A DNA stretch of 64,000 bases from Candidatus Bathyarchaeota archaeon. GTDB lineage: Archaea > Thermoproteota > Bathyarchaeia > 40CM-2-53-6. The notes beneath the pieces were generated by a model. The model saw only the letters and a list, made by a program, of their open reading frames with translations. It was not told where the DNA came from and ran no database searches. Location of the stretch: contig CAVTBR010000003.1 of the NCBI GenBank assembly GCA_963733055.1, forward strand, positions 192,001 to 256,000. The letters are read 5' to 3'. This document shows positions 1 through 10,244 of the stretch, piece by piece (the first letter of the stretch is position 1; the number at the start of each line of letters is the position of its first letter). A program made the position numbers and the translations under genes.

Positions 1-142
1 GTGCGCCTGTTAAGTAGGAGTGTTCGATATGCTTGGCCGCGCTGATCAACGCGTCCATCAGAATGAGAAAGTGATGGGTACGGTGATGCTTCTCCTGGTG
101 GTCTAGCAGGAACCCCATCACTGTATCTTCGAACTGTGTCAT
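1..142 (-). CDS. N-terminus of a gene running off the window; possibly class I fructose-1,6-bisphosphatase
   Basis: Manual translation MTQFEDTVMGFLLDHQEKHHRTHHFLILMDALISAAKHIEHSYLTGA resembles the FBPase class I N-terminal helices; lies downstream of the aldolase on the same strand. Confidence 0.5.
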   Translation of the reverse strand, partial: MTQFEDTVMGFLLDHQEKHHRTHHFLILMDALISAAKHIEHSYLTGA

Positions 143-225
143 CCTTGCATCCCTTGATCAGCGAGAAGAATAATGGATTTTCGGAGACCTCGCACTTCCT
201 ACGGTTATTCCGGCCATTTAGCCTG

Positions 226-1020
226 CTACCGGGAGAATTTCGTTAGCGCCGTCTCGACGGTTTGACCGTTAAAGATTATCTCCCTTAAAGCCGCGGCCAT
301 TTCTAGGGGTCGATCATGCTGCCAGACATTTCGTCCGACAGCCAGACCGGTACCGCCGGCGTTGATCACTCCCTTCACTTGTGTTAGAAAAGCCTCGTCG
401 GTAGGCGCTTTCGGTCCTCCGGACATGAAGACCTTCGCCGCGCCTGCTGACTTCACGGCCCATTTGAATGTCTCAGAATCCCCCGTGTACTTGATCTTAA
501 CAGCGTCCGCGCCTGCTTCTAGGCCCGTTCGTGCCGCGTAGGCAATTATTTCGGGTGCAGTATCATTTGGAACAGATTCGCCCCGAGGGTATACCCACGT
601 GATAGCAGCGAGGCCCAGTTGGTGAGCTTCCTCCTGAATCTTCCCAAATTCGTTCAACATGAGATGTTCGTGGGCACTTCCCAAGTAGATCGTATAGCCG
701 ACCGCTTTTGCACCAAGGGCTTTGGCATGTTTCACGCTGCAATTTTGACTTGCAAACGGTTCACCCTTGGGAAGGCTTGTTTTACCATTGACCTTGATGA
801 TTAATGGAGTCTTTCCGTCATAATATTTCTCAGCGACACCTTTCTGGAAGATCAACCCGCTGAACTTGCCCTTCCAGGCAATTTCTTGAATGTATTCAGG
901 GTCAACACTCTTCTCGTTGAAGTCTTTCGTCGGCCCGTGCTCTAAGCCTTGGTCATACGCGAGTAAGATTCCCTTTCCTTTCCGCAGGAAAGGTGCCATG
1001 GCAGACTTGATGGTTTTCAT
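226..1020 (-). CDS. Class I fructose-bisphosphate aldolase (DhnA/FbaB family)
   Basis: LAYDQGLEHGP, WVYPRG, GADAVKIKY (Schiff-base Lys), SGGPK, GLAVGRNVWQ motifs. Confidence 0.92.
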   Translation of the reverse strand: MKTIKSAMAPFLRKGKGILLAYDQGLEHGPTKDFNEKSVDPEYIQEIAWKGKFSGLIFQKGVAEKYYDGKTPLIIKVNGKTSLPKGEPFASQNCSVKHAKALGAKAVGYTIYLGSAHEHLMLNEFGKIQEEAHQLGLAAITWVYPRGESVPNDTAPEIIAYAARTGLEAGADAVKIKYTGDSETFKWAVKSAGAAKVFMSGGPKAPTDEAFLTQVKGVINAGGTGLAVGRNVWQHDRPLEMAAALREIIFNGQTVETALTKFSR

Positions 1021-1105
1021 CTGTAACCATCCGATTCATCCCTTCGCACTGAATAAAAAGCTCCCTTCCAATTGCAGCCGACGAAAAATAAGTTGGAAAA
1101 TGGGT

Positions 1106-1558
1106 CTATCGACCGAGTCGCTGGTTATGTTCTATCTTCATACACCTATCCATAACAACATCCATTCCTGCGGCCGCCGCAGTTCGAGCCGCTTCCTCGT
1201 TGACGATCCCGAGTTGCATCCAAACAGCCTTCGGCCGTCCCGTCTTATTGCGGAGTTGCACGGTTTCAGCAACAATAGGGGACACATCTTCGGCTCGTCT
1301 GAATATGTCGACAATGTCGATCTCTCGTTTTAGCTCGTCTGGAAGATGGAGGAGTGAGGGGTATGATTTCTCACCCAAGACCTCATCTACGGTTGGATTT
1401 ATCGGGACGATTCGGTAGCCATGGCTTTTCAGGAACTTGGCCACGTCGTGGCTTGGTTTCGCAGGATCCTTCGATAAACCTACGACAGCAACAGTTTTCA
1501 TTGCTAGAACTTTGTCGATGAGGCGGTCAAGGTCAGAGGCCATACTAACCTGGTTCAA
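1106..1558 (-). CDS. CoA-binding protein (YccU-like)
   Basis: VAVVGLS..P.KPS, IDIVDIFRR, VWMQLGI, VMDRCMKIEH. Confidence 0.9.
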   Translation of the reverse strand: MNQVSMASDLDRLIDKVLAMKTVAVVGLSKDPAKPSHDVAKFLKSHGYRIVPINPTVDEVLGEKSYPSLLHLPDELKREIDIVDIFRRAEDVSPIVAETVQLRNKTGRPKAVWMQLGIVNEEAARTAAAAGMDVVMDRCMKIEHNQRLGR

Positions 1559-1648
1559 GGCTTGCGGTAAGGTATAGATTAATCCATCTTTGAAACCTAC
1601 GAGAACTTCATATTAGTATTCGAGAATTCAAACGGCTTCGACTTCCTC

Positions 1649-2584
1649 ATGACAGCCAAAATCCTTGTGACGGATCCGATTCACGAAGATGGGATTACCG
1701 CGTTAAAGGGAGCGGGCTTCGATGTTACTCAGAACTCTAACCTTACCCCCGATCAGCTGATGATAGTGATCCTTGACTACGACGCCCTGATTGTCCGGGG
1801 ACGAACCAAAGTTACTAGCGCCATAATCAACGCTGGTTCCAAGCTTCGCGCCGTGGCCAGGTCCGGAGTTGGATTGGATAATATTGACTTAGAAGCTGCG
1901 CGTAAGAGATCACTTCAGATAATCTCAACACCCGCCGCGCCCACGACTAGCGTCGCCGAATTAACGGTTGGATTGGTTTTGGCGGTGCTTCGAAAGATAT
2001 CATTTGCAGATCGAGCCATGAAGGAAGGAAGATGGGCAAAGTCTGAGTTGATGGGTAGAGAACTCAAGGGCAAAACTGTAGGAGTCGTTGGTGCAGCCGG
2101 ACGAATCGGGTTAGAAGTGGCTAGAATCTGCTTACAGGGTTTCGAAACCAAAGTGATCGGTTACGATGTGCTGGATCTGACTGAGAAGGCGCGGAGCTTA
2201 GGTTTTCGTGCAGTTAGCAAGGTTGAGGACCTCTTGAGTGAATCGGACATCGTAACAATCCATGTTCCCTATCTTCCAAGCACCCATCACCTCATCAACG
2301 CAAACACACTCATGGGCATGAAGAACGGGTCAATTGTCATCAACCCGTCGCGAGGCGACATTATTGACGGGCAGGCACTATTGGCGGCCCTCAAGTCAGG
2401 CAAACTCGCAGGAGCAGGCCTTGATGTGTTTCATGCGGAGCCACCCAAAGATGACTGGGAAAAGGAGCTGGTCAAGCTGCCTAACGTGGTGTGTACATCG
2501 CACATTGGCGCACAGACTGTTGAATGCCAGCGGCTGGAGAGCACGATGGTGGCTGAGCAACTCATAAAGACCTTGAAGAAGTGA
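1649..2584 (+). CDS. D-2-hydroxyacid dehydrogenase / D-3-phosphoglycerate dehydrogenase-like (no ACT domain)
   Basis: RSGVGLDNID, TIHVP, INPSRG, GAGLDVF, HIGAQT. Confidence 0.88.
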   Translation: MTAKILVTDPIHEDGITALKGAGFDVTQNSNLTPDQLMIVILDYDALIVRGRTKVTSAIINAGSKLRAVARSGVGLDNIDLEAARKRSLQIISTPAAPTTSVAELTVGLVLAVLRKISFADRAMKEGRWAKSELMGRELKGKTVGVVGAAGRIGLEVARICLQGFETKVIGYDVLDLTEKARSLGFRAVSKVEDLLSESDIVTIHVPYLPSTHHLINANTLMGMKNGSIVINPSRGDIIDGQALLAALKSGKLAGAGLDVFHAEPPKDDWEKELVKLPNVVCTSHIGAQTVECQRLESTMVAEQLIKTLKK

Positions 2585-2651
2585 AATGCGAAGGCCATCG
2601 ACTCGTACGCCTTAAATGAGAAATCACGTAACCTGAGAGCGGGCCAAAATT

Positions 2652-2975
2652 ATGACAGCATCATTCAGTGATTTCCAGAAACTTGCATTTAGAGTGGGAA
2701 AGATAACCGCAGCAGAAAGAATTCCGAACATGAAGAAGATTCTCAAGGTTCAAGTTGACATTGGGGAGAGGACGGCACAAGCGATCGCGGGCGGAGCAGA
2801 ATTCTATGAGCCAAGCACATTCATCGGAAGGCAGGTGGTAGTCTTGACGAACATGGAACCGAAGATGATTGCGGGCGTACAGTCCGAAGTCATGCTATTA
2901 GCCGCTGATCGACAAGGCAAACCCGTTTGGTTAACTGTAACTGAAGAAGTCCCTCCGGGAACTGTGGTCCGCTAG
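2652..2975 (+). CDS. tRNA-binding OB-fold protein (Trbp111/CsaA/MetRS C-terminal type)
   Basis: RVGKI..AE, N(M)EPK.IAG.QSE.MLLAA. Confidence 0.85.
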   Translation: MTASFSDFQKLAFRVGKITAAERIPNMKKILKVQVDIGERTAQAIAGGAEFYEPSTFIGRQVVVLTNMEPKMIAGVQSEVMLLAADRQGKPVWLTVTEEVPPGTVVR

Positions 2976-3065
2976 AACCGTAAACCCCTCGCCATTGAGA
3001 ACGTCTACAAAGTCCTTAATCTAGCTACTCTATGAACCAAGCATCCATATCGCAATCATAATCAG

Positions 3066-4295
3066 ATGCATACCGAGGAAGAAGAAGTGGATTTCAACTT
3101 CAGCCCAGAACATGAGCTATTCCGAAAGACCGTGAGAGAGTTCTGCAGCAAAGAATTATCACCACATTCACGCGAAATGGAACGAAACGCACGGATGCCC
3201 GACTCCGTAATTCGCGGCTTGGCAAAGATGGGGTTGTTCGGACTAGCTATTCCGACGGAGTACGGAGGTTCGGCTGCAGATGCCGTCTCCGCAGGAATAG
3301 CTGGAGAAGAGATTGGGAGAGGTGATCTGAGCTGTGCTACCGCCGTGCTCTACTTGGTACCTGTCGCGTGGAGCCACGTGCTAAACAAATTCGGCTCCCC
3401 TGAACTGAAAAAGAAAACGTTACCAAAGATTGCTTCAGGTAAGGGTTTCCTGGGAATCGCCGCAACCGAGGCGGGGGTAGGGTCAGATCTCGGAAACATG
3501 TCCACCACTGCGAAGAGAGCCGGCAACGAGTACGTTTTGAATGGGGAGAAAATGTACATCAGTGGCATTAGGGAAGCTAGCGAGCAAATGTCGGATGGTA
3601 GCGGGTACGTGGTCTTGGCCAAGACTGATTCCTCGGCTGGCACTAAGGGAATGTCATTCTTCTTCGTGCCGTTCAAGAATACCAATGGTTTGACTCCCAG
3701 TTACCTCGAGGAAATGGGTCGGAGGGGAATGTCTGCAGGGGGTTTTCTAATGAAAGACGTGCACGTGCCCGCTGAAAATAGGCTTGGCGAGGAAAACAAG
3801 GGCTTCTACTACGCGATGGAAGGCTTCGACTTTGCCCGCGCCATAATCGCACTCGTATGTTGTGGAGCAGCAATGGCAGCGTTGGATTCCGGGATCGAGT
3901 ACATCAAACAGCGCAGAGCGTTCACCCAACCCATTGGACGCTTCGAGGGCATTCAATTCAAACTCGCAGAAGACTACAGCCGGGTTGACGCCGCCCGCCT
4001 GCTCGCCTACAGAGGACTCTGGATGTTCGAACAAGAACAGAAAAACAAGGCATTCAACCGTTTTGAAGTTACCAGAGCAATTGCCGAAGCTAAAATGCTA
4101 GCGCCAGTAACCGCGTTTGAAACAATAAACGACGTTCTGCAATGGTTCGGGGCATTCGGATACACACTAGATTGTCCGATCGAAATGGGTTTACGAGGCG
4201 TACGATCTTACATGTTAGCCGAGGGATCAACCGAGATCATGAAACTCATCGTAGCACGAGAGCTTCTCGGCAAAGAGTTCGCACACAGCAGCTAG
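3066..4295 (+). CDS. Acyl-CoA dehydrogenase
   Basis: TEAGVGSD, LNGEKMYIS, R.AF.QPI..F.GIQFKLA, FGAFGY, EGSTEI. Confidence 0.93.
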   Translation: MHTEEEEVDFNFSPEHELFRKTVREFCSKELSPHSREMERNARMPDSVIRGLAKMGLFGLAIPTEYGGSAADAVSAGIAGEEIGRGDLSCATAVLYLVPVAWSHVLNKFGSPELKKKTLPKIASGKGFLGIAATEAGVGSDLGNMSTTAKRAGNEYVLNGEKMYISGIREASEQMSDGSGYVVLAKTDSSAGTKGMSFFFVPFKNTNGLTPSYLEEMGRRGMSAGGFLMKDVHVPAENRLGEENKGFYYAMEGFDFARAIIALVCCGAAMAALDSGIEYIKQRRAFTQPIGRFEGIQFKLAEDYSRVDAARLLAYRGLWMFEQEQKNKAFNRFEVTRAIAEAKMLAPVTAFETINDVLQWFGAFGYTLDCPIEMGLRGVRSYMLAEGSTEIMKLIVARELLGKEFAHSS

Positions 4296-4384
4296 CCGGT
4301 CGACCACTTTATTTTTGAACTCTTAAATAGCAAACGTAGTTCTGGTTGCGCTCAAAGCCTAAATGACACGGGTAGTGCGGAACA

Positions 4385-5311
4385 TTGCGTCATATTGCAA
4401 TTGTGACATTAGCCATTTTTCTCATGTCCGCACTGTTTGTTCCCGCCTCAGCATACAATGTCACCGTGAATATTCAGGGACAGCAGGTCCACACTTCAAT
4501 TTCGTTATCCTTGACTCAAAACATTACCGCGCTCCCTATCCTCACAGCAACATTAGATTCCTCCAGCCAACCAAACCTCTCCACGGCTTTCGATCAAGGT
4601 TTAAGCCAAGCCGATCCCAACGCTGTCACCTCGGGTCTTAGTGTTGGTGTCAGTTCAACTAAGGCTTCCCTCAACCTCACTTGCGCCATGGATGTGTCGG
4701 GGATTGCCAAGAGAAATGGGAACATCGTTTCCGTCAACATGACATGGTTGGCATTCAATGTGACCTCGGATCTGCGGGCCGGCAATCTAAGTTACAACAC
4801 GATAGGAAGCCGCTACTTCGCTCCCATAATCGCGTATTACGCAAACGCGAGTCGTCTCGTAGGGCGCCCGAACTCGACAATTGGCGGAGTGACGTTCTTC
4901 GTTAACGGAACATCATTCAACCCAACTCAAACACAGAACTATGTCGACAACTTCACGATGCTGAAGTTCGGCTCGCTCAGGCCAAGTTTGGATCAATGGA
5001 ACCGTACCTACACCCTTAGCAATAACACGACTACATGGCGTTACTCCCCGCCCCAACTGTTCAACTTCGATATGAGAATACAACGCAACAACGTGACCAC
5101 GTCCTACGCAGCGCAGTATGCATACAATGCCATAATCTCGGTTTCAGGGCTGAGTCGGGCGAAGGGACATGTTATTCTGGTCGACGTTGGCACCGGCGAT
5201 CTGGAATGGGTGATGGCTGCGATAGTGGTCGTAGCTGTATTATCAGCGGTTAGCGTCCAAGTCTTTTATGCGAGAAGAAAGAAGCGACTTGGAAAGTTTC
5301 AGCGAAGGTAG
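4385..5311 (+). CDS. Secreted, C-terminally anchored surface glycoprotein
   Basis: Signal peptide, many N-x-S/T sequons, C-terminal TM helix followed by RRKKR. Confidence 0.75.
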   Translation: MRHIAIVTLAIFLMSALFVPASAYNVTVNIQGQQVHTSISLSLTQNITALPILTATLDSSSQPNLSTAFDQGLSQADPNAVTSGLSVGVSSTKASLNLTCAMDVSGIAKRNGNIVSVNMTWLAFNVTSDLRAGNLSYNTIGSRYFAPIIAYYANASRLVGRPNSTIGGVTFFVNGTSFNPTQTQNYVDNFTMLKFGSLRPSLDQWNRTYTLSNNTTTWRYSPPQLFNFDMRIQRNNVTTSYAAQYAYNAIISVSGLSRAKGHVILVDVGTGDLEWVMAAIVVVAVLSAVSVQVFYARRKKRLGKFQRR

Positions 5312-5314
5312 AAT

Positions 5315-5857
5315 TCAGCCGCGTACTCTCTCTTTTGCGACCTTCTTGAGTTCAGCGTTGTCGAAGATTCCTTTGAAATGTTCCTTAAGGATTCCAAGGT
5401 AAAGGGCGACTTCATCGTCGCTCATGTACTGGAACATGTAGTCGCCTTTGTAGGGAGAAGGTTCGCCCTCTCGGGAGATGTACTCGATATGCATCAGGGG
5501 ATCTCCCCGCTTAATGGTGATAGGTTGCCGGCCGTTGTTTAAGTTAACAAGCTCCAGCGCAAGGCGCCCCACGAATCCGCTATGAACCTTAGCCGCGTTG
5601 AGAAACGACAGCCCCATCCTGCCATATTTGCTCTTGGCGGTAAGGTGGGAAACGTAGGTTGGCGGCGTGAAAACTACTTCGTAGGATATGACGTTCCGAT
5701 GCTCAAGGTAATGTAGTGTGGTCTCGTCCCGTACGGTGAGAACGTATCCGTCGCCATCTAACAATGCATAGTCGAACGGATGGATGCATTTGTAGGTTTG
5801 AATGAGCTTCGTAATCTGTTCTCTTCCCGCAACGCCCAAGGCAATAACCTCCAACAT
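5315..5857 (-). CDS. dCTP deaminase/dUTPase family protein
   Basis: AKSKYGRMG, HSGFVGRLALELVN, PY.G.Y.FQ motifs. Confidence 0.75.
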   Translation of the reverse strand: MLEVIALGVAGREQITKLIQTYKCIHPFDYALLDGDGYVLTVRDETTLHYLEHRNVISYEVVFTPPTYVSHLTAKSKYGRMGLSFLNAAKVHSGFVGRLALELVNLNNGRQPITIKRGDPLMHIEYISREGEPSPYKGDYMFQYMSDDEVALYLGILKEHFKGIFDNAELKKVAKERVRG

Positions 5858-5899
5858 GTACGGGAATCTTCAGTATTTCTGCGTTAGCATTCTCGCATC

Positions 5900-6409
5900 T
5901 CAGGCGCTGAGCGAGGCACTCATAGTAGCAGTGTAGTACTCCGAGTTGGCTATGAGCTGCTGCTGAGAGGTAAGCGTGATCAAAATGTTTGCTCCTTTGC
6001 CCGCCCCGACCGTAAAATCTACGATACCATCGATCTCAGGAGAGGCGATTCCAAGGGGCGACGATGTATTGTTAAACACCCAGGTAACGTTCGATACCTC
6101 AATCCTGATTGAGTCGTAGTCTCCGGAAGCAACCTGTCCCGTCCCCAAGACGTTAGTGGAATTTTCGAGCGAAACCAAATCCATACTCACCGATTGATTG
6201 GAGAGGACCTTCCATCCTTGACCGCTGGCTTGTCCCTTGGGGTGAACCGAGACACTGTCGATTGTAACGTAAACATGGTCGGCTTTTGATATCGCGGCAG
6301 AGCGCATGGAAACTGAAACGCTTCCCATTGAAACTGCTGGGTAGACTAAGATGACTACTAGTATGACCGCGGAGATTGCGGCCACTATTTGCTTCGAATT
6401 CACTGTCAA
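5900..6409 (-). CDS. Membrane-anchored DUF4382-like beta protein
   Basis: N-terminal TM; HVYVTIDSVSVH, DLVSL, GDYDSIRI pattern. Confidence 0.6.
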   Translation of the reverse strand: MTVNSKQIVAAISAVILVVILVYPAVSMGSVSVSMRSAAISKADHVYVTIDSVSVHPKGQASGQGWKVLSNQSVSMDLVSLENSTNVLGTGQVASGDYDSIRIEVSNVTWVFNNTSSPLGIASPEIDGIVDFTVGAGKGANILITLTSQQQLIANSEYYTATMSASLSA

Positions 6410-6492
6410 TCAGCGTCGCCCTATAATGGGCGTTTTCTTAAAAGCACATTGGATTCATTCAAGGGACAACTACCCCCCAAGTCCAAGAGCGG

Positions 6493-6867
6493 GTGGAGCC
6501 CAGCAGAACCTTCACGGGGTCAGGGAATAAGAAATCTGAAGATTGCACAGTCCCAACCAATTATTGGCGGATAGCTTACACGGTCAACGCCGAAAAACGA
6601 GCCGTAACGCACGGTTCGGCTATGTTTTCAAGCAACGACACTGTGAACTACGTCGCATCTATGACGTTTGACAACTCTGGAAACGACTCAAGCTATATCT
6701 AGACAAACCCCGGGGACTTCTAGCTAAATGTGATTATAGAGACCCCAAGCTCGTGGACGATCGAAGTCCAAACCCAAAGCAACTCGGGGCATCAACCCAG
6801 GGTGAGCGTTTTGATTACGATAGATGAGGAAACGAAAATGCAAATCGAGATGCCTAAGTCGATCTAA
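6493..6867 (+). pseudogene. Degraded gene for an extracellular beta-sandwich domain
   Basis: Frame reads TFTGSGNK..ED.TVPTNYWRIAYTV...SGNDSSYI*TNPGDF*LNV...SWTIEVQ, with in-frame TAG at 6700 and 6721 and no intact N-terminus. Confidence 0.55.
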
Positions 6868-6954
6868 GAGACGCGATGCACTTATTCTGATGAAAATATT
6901 TATACAAAAGCCTTAACTCGACTTTCATTCGATAAGGCTCATCTGGTTAAGAAA

Positions 6955-8721
6955 TTGGGGCCAAATCTAGCGGGAACGGCTAAAACTGCCACCGGCCGCA
7001 GGAACTTGGTTCTGGGAGACGATGCCATCGAGACCGAGGCCGAAGACTGGTTCGACTATGCAGGCGCTGCACGTGCCCTTGCCTCGCAACTTTATACGAT
7101 TTCAAGATCATCAGGTGTTTGTTGCGGCATACTTGGTTCTTGGGGGAGTGGCAAATCGAGTTTTATGAATCTAGTAATGGAACACGCAAAGAAGACACAT
7201 TCGGACGTACATGTTACTTGGTTCACAGCCTGGGATCCTGGAGGAATAGAGGACATCGGAGACGCGATGCTGTACCGAGTTTTCGGTGATATCGCGAAAA
7301 ACAACGACGAGCTGTCTGGCGCATTTGACAGACTAAAGGAGGCGCTTAAACTCCGTAAAAGTATGAAACGCCGTGTGGGCGAGGCTCTAGGAGCAGCTTC
7401 GAAAGCAGTTCCGGGACCTGCCGGAGCTGTGGCAGACGCCACCGGAGGTTTACTTCTAATTCTGGACACTCCCAGGGAAATACAAGATTCCTTCAATGAT
7501 CTTGTTAAATGGTTGGAAGCCAAAAATCAAACCGTCTTCCTGTTCATTGACGACATGGATCGCACAACAGGGGAGGAGATACGCGATCTATTGTCTGAAC
7601 TCAAAGTGTACGTGAGCCATCACCGGATAGTTGGGGTTGTCGGATATGATGAGGAGTATGTTCTCAACGCACTCAAGACAGTAATCCCTATCGGAATTGA
7701 ACCCAGGAAATTTCTTGAAAAGATCGTTACTATTCGGAGAAGTTTACCGAGTCCCAACGAAGGTCAATTGCAGAAATACGAGACGAGCCAACTCCACGAG
7801 TTGTTGGGACTGGACCAAGAGAAATGTGAAATACTTGGGTGGTGTGCAGCTGATCTCTGTACTAATAATCCGCGCCGATTAAAGACGCTAGTCTTGGATT
7901 TCAGCGACCTTCTATCATCGGTTGCAGAGTATAAGATGTTTGAATCGAACAGGCTGACGTCAGCCCTTGTGGTCTGCGCGGCCGAGCGGGCAGGCTTGTT
8001 CGTGGATAACAATCTTAGAATAGCCCTTGAATCCGGAAACGAAGCAGATGCCACGGCAGCTCTTACAGAAATCGCTGGTAAAATCCCTGACAAAGGTCGA
8101 GAAGCTACTGAACTGAGCGCGCTAATCGAGGGATTGACTCCAGATCTTCAACCAGGGCTTGTGTCCGCGTTGCGCCTCGCTGCGGGAACCCCGGGTTGGG
8201 AAAGGAAGGAAAAGGTTCGAAGACCTGACGCCTTCGACTGGACTCTTTCTCTTGGCGAGATCCTTGCAAGGGCCGACAAACGAGGATTCGAACTTCACGA
8301 TAAATTCGCGATAGGTTCAGGCAAGATTTCGATTCCGCCAAACTCCAAGACCAAGGGAGAGAAGAATCTTGGTGAATTGCAAGAACCGTTGCTTGCTTTT
8401 CTGAAACAATACAGTGTGTCCTGTAACTCATTTTTCAGTTGGAAGGAAAGAAATCTGGCCATTTTCGTAATGTCTGATTGTCTTGATACTCCCAGCTCCG
8501 TTTGGCTGGATGGCTTCCTCAACCTCGGTCCCTCCCTCGTGGTAGAAAGAGCCCTGATTGCTTGGATTATAGATGATTCAAACGAACTAACGATTGGATT
8601 AGCTCAACACTATGGTGAACGAGCCAAGGCGATATCCAAAGGTTTACGGAATCCTCTGGTGTTTGTCTATACTGAGTCAGCGAAGATTCCTGATATGCTG
8701 AGTCATCTCTTAGCTGTCTAG
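6955..8721 (+). CDS. KAP-family P-loop NTPase with unassigned C-terminal domain
   Basis: GSWGSGKS Walker A, F.AW, FIDDMDR Walker B, FLEKIV, NPRRLK. Confidence 0.88.
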   Translation: MGPNLAGTAKTATGRRNLVLGDDAIETEAEDWFDYAGAARALASQLYTISRSSGVCCGILGSWGSGKSSFMNLVMEHAKKTHSDVHVTWFTAWDPGGIEDIGDAMLYRVFGDIAKNNDELSGAFDRLKEALKLRKSMKRRVGEALGAASKAVPGPAGAVADATGGLLLILDTPREIQDSFNDLVKWLEAKNQTVFLFIDDMDRTTGEEIRDLLSELKVYVSHHRIVGVVGYDEEYVLNALKTVIPIGIEPRKFLEKIVTIRRSLPSPNEGQLQKYETSQLHELLGLDQEKCEILGWCAADLCTNNPRRLKTLVLDFSDLLSSVAEYKMFESNRLTSALVVCAAERAGLFVDNNLRIALESGNEADATAALTEIAGKIPDKGREATELSALIEGLTPDLQPGLVSALRLAAGTPGWERKEKVRRPDAFDWTLSLGEILARADKRGFELHDKFAIGSGKISIPPNSKTKGEKNLGELQEPLLAFLKQYSVSCNSFFSWKERNLAIFVMSDCLDTPSSVWLDGFLNLGPSLVVERALIAWIIDDSNELTIGLAQHYGERAKAISKGLRNPLVFVYTESAKIPDMLSHLLAV

Positions 8722-9058
8722 TCGCTTATTTCGTTTAGTGGTTTCGTGACCACTGGATGCTGTTCTAGCCTCGCGTCCCACTCTTTCATCTCTGCCTCCA
8801 TCCGGGTTGCTTGTTCACATACGCTAAGATTTGGTCAAGTTTCCGTTTCCTTTCCTTTCGTCGGTTTTCTTAGCTGCTCAGCCATTTATCAAGTGAGTCT
8901 ACAGCAATCTTCTTGACCTTGCCGCTGACGTTTCGCACGATTACGGCTTCCATTTTCTGACGCTCGACCGGTTGAATGTCGTCGGATTTACAGTTTAATG
9001 GTTCCGTTATACTATTTCTTATAAGTATCCTCGTGTCGGGAAATCGAACGTCGCGAGA

Positions 9059-9838
9059 GTGTTGCAGCTATCGGAAATCGCAGCGGGTCAAACAGAGACC
9101 GAGTTAGTATATCTTCGCGAAATGAATTCCCGTCAACTGGAAGCCAAAGTTCTCAAAGTTGTGCCTGAGAAGAAAACGCATGCGTACTTGATTCTGGACC
9201 GAACAATCTTTCACCCCAAGGGGGGCGGTCAGCCTTCGGATCATGGTACTATTCGCGGTCCCGGTTACGAGGTAGCGGTGAAGAAAGCAATCTACCATAT
9301 CGGCGTCGTCGTTCACTGGGTGAGGCTAGCAGTAGGGACACCTGCGGAAGGTGACGCTAGGTGTGAAATCGATTGGGGCTACCGGCATCTGGTTATGCGT
9401 AGACACACATCTGCACACTTACTCGATCACTGCCTAGCCACCGTCACGGCCCGAAGAGTGCAGACGACGGACTCCTGGTTGGACGACCCTTGCTATGTGG
9501 GGTACGTCGGTTCGCCCCCTAACTTACAAACACTGCGAGAAACCCAAGACCTAGCCAACCGAACGATAGATTCTGGTGGAGAGGTCAAGATTGAGTTTCT
9601 GAAGCGCGCAGAAGCTAGGGCACTTCTGCAGAACACGCCGAACTACGAGCGACTTCCTGATTTACCTGAGGTCAGGACTGTCACGATTAAAGGATGTAAA
9701 CCCATTCCGTGCGGCGGAACCCATGTTTCGGATTTGGCTGAAATAGGGAAGATATCGGTCGAAGGGGCCGAAGAGATGCCAAAGGGATCGTTTCGTCTGC
9801 ATTTTTCTGTGGGCCCTAGCGCTTCCTCGACTTCTTAG
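9059..9838 (+). CDS. alaX: Alanyl-tRNA editing protein AlaX
   Basis: FHPKGGGQPSD, HTSAH, CGGTH zinc-binding motifs. Confidence 0.9.
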   Translation: MLQLSEIAAGQTETELVYLREMNSRQLEAKVLKVVPEKKTHAYLILDRTIFHPKGGGQPSDHGTIRGPGYEVAVKKAIYHIGVVVHWVRLAVGTPAEGDARCEIDWGYRHLVMRRHTSAHLLDHCLATVTARRVQTTDSWLDDPCYVGYVGSPPNLQTLRETQDLANRTIDSGGEVKIEFLKRAEARALLQNTPNYERLPDLPEVRTVTIKGCKPIPCGGTHVSDLAEIGKISVEGAEEMPKGSFRLHFSVGPSASSTS

Positions 9839-10073
9839 CTCGACGTACCTTCCTTCTTCCGCGTCCGAACCTCTTCAGTATGGTCGGGGCGGCCCGTTCC
9901 ACCAGCAGCCTCTTACCCGAAACTCTCACGTAAAGCCTCAATGAGCCCTTCGTGAACGGGAAGTTCGAATCCGTCGTAAGCTTGGTCGGGAGGTAAATTC
10001 GTGGCGACTCGTACACTCGTCCGTCGGGCATCCTCTTTTTCGTAACTACGAAACTAGCTACAGCTTCTTTCAA
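9816..10073 (-). CDS. Small AbrB/SpoVT-like (swapped-hairpin) DNA-binding protein
   Basis: IYLP..L..DSNFPF......V.V.GKRLLVE pattern, basic tail; paralog at 21065. Confidence 0.55.
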   Translation of the reverse strand: MKEAVASFVVTKKRMPDGRVYESPRIYLPTKLTTDSNFPFTKGSLRLYVRVSGKRLLVERAAPTILKRFGRGRRKVRRAKKSRKR

Positions 10074-10083
10074 TCGCTAACAC

Positions 10084-10119
10084 TTCGGGTTCAAATTCGG
10101 ATGTTATTTCTGACGGAAT
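10084..10119 (+). repeat. Bipartite 13-N10-13 motif, copy 1
   Basis: TTCGGGTTCAAAT-N10-TTTCTGACGGAAT; matches 12915-12950. Confidence 0.75.
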
Positions 10120-10244
10120 GTTGGTTTAGTTGTTACATCCACCAACTAGTCAATTTTCAGCAAGCAAGAACCCCATTTCACCCCCGCATGCGATAACGTT
10201 TAAAGCGGAAATGACAAGTCCGATCAAATTAGCGGGCATACGGC

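Noticed and set aside
6700-6723. Amber readthrough or pyrrolysine at two in-frame TAGs
   Set aside because: The gene also lacks its N-terminus, many intact genes here end in TAG, and no pyl genes are in the window; decay is simpler.
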